Positions 63,801-64,000 of a DNA stretch of 64,000 bases are shown here, in pieces. Each line of letters begins with the position of its first letter. The first letter of the stretch is position 1. Where the stretch lies: NCBI GenBank assembly GCA_964035545.1, contig OZ037769.1, forward strand, positions 620,001 to 684,000. Direction: 5' to 3'. The position numbers and the translations under genes were made by a program. Under the pieces are notes generated by a model, which was not told where the DNA came from, searched no databases, and was given only the letters and a program-made list of their open reading frames with translations. This DNA is from Bugula neritina (lineage: Eukaryota; Animalia; Bryozoa).

Positions 63801-64000
63801 AATTGGCAACATATTATACCCTTAATTAGCTGACACAGTGTAGCTTCCCTTAGTAAAAAGAGTTTTATGTATCTTTGAAGTTAATTACTGCATTACTGAA
63901 ATTTGTTGAGTTGTTCATTCTGCCAATGTATCAATTAAAAGAACTTTATTTTAAAAAATTGCAACATATGTTCTTTTTAGCTATGCAGTAAAGTTTATGA

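Overview
AT-rich, intron-rich animal genomic DNA, not prokaryotic. It looks like a lophotrochozoan invertebrate; a colonial animal such as a bryozoan is plausible but cannot be shown from sequence alone. Manual GT-AG splicing gives 12 gene models. In order: the 3' part of invadolysin/LMLN (+); TMEM177 (-) head-to-head with ATP synthase epsilon ATP5F1E (+); RGP1; an orphan 670-aa disordered protein with an N-terminal basic amphipathic segment and a C-terminal extended LIR motif; two tandem orphan paralogs; DNAJC28; an intronless innexin; a divergent calmodulin-like protein; and two tandem CUB-like receptor genes (the complete one has sushi, TM and Tyr-motif tail; the second runs off the window). 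Mobile elements: two MITEs, a tRNA-derived SINE and a solo LTR. Most long ORFs in the supplied track are artefacts of intronic minisatellites. The most striking pattern is that many introns carry private minisatellites. Several of these are tandem copies of the gene's own splice junction, giving up to ~45 decoy acceptors, often in an AG|GT recursive-splice configuration.
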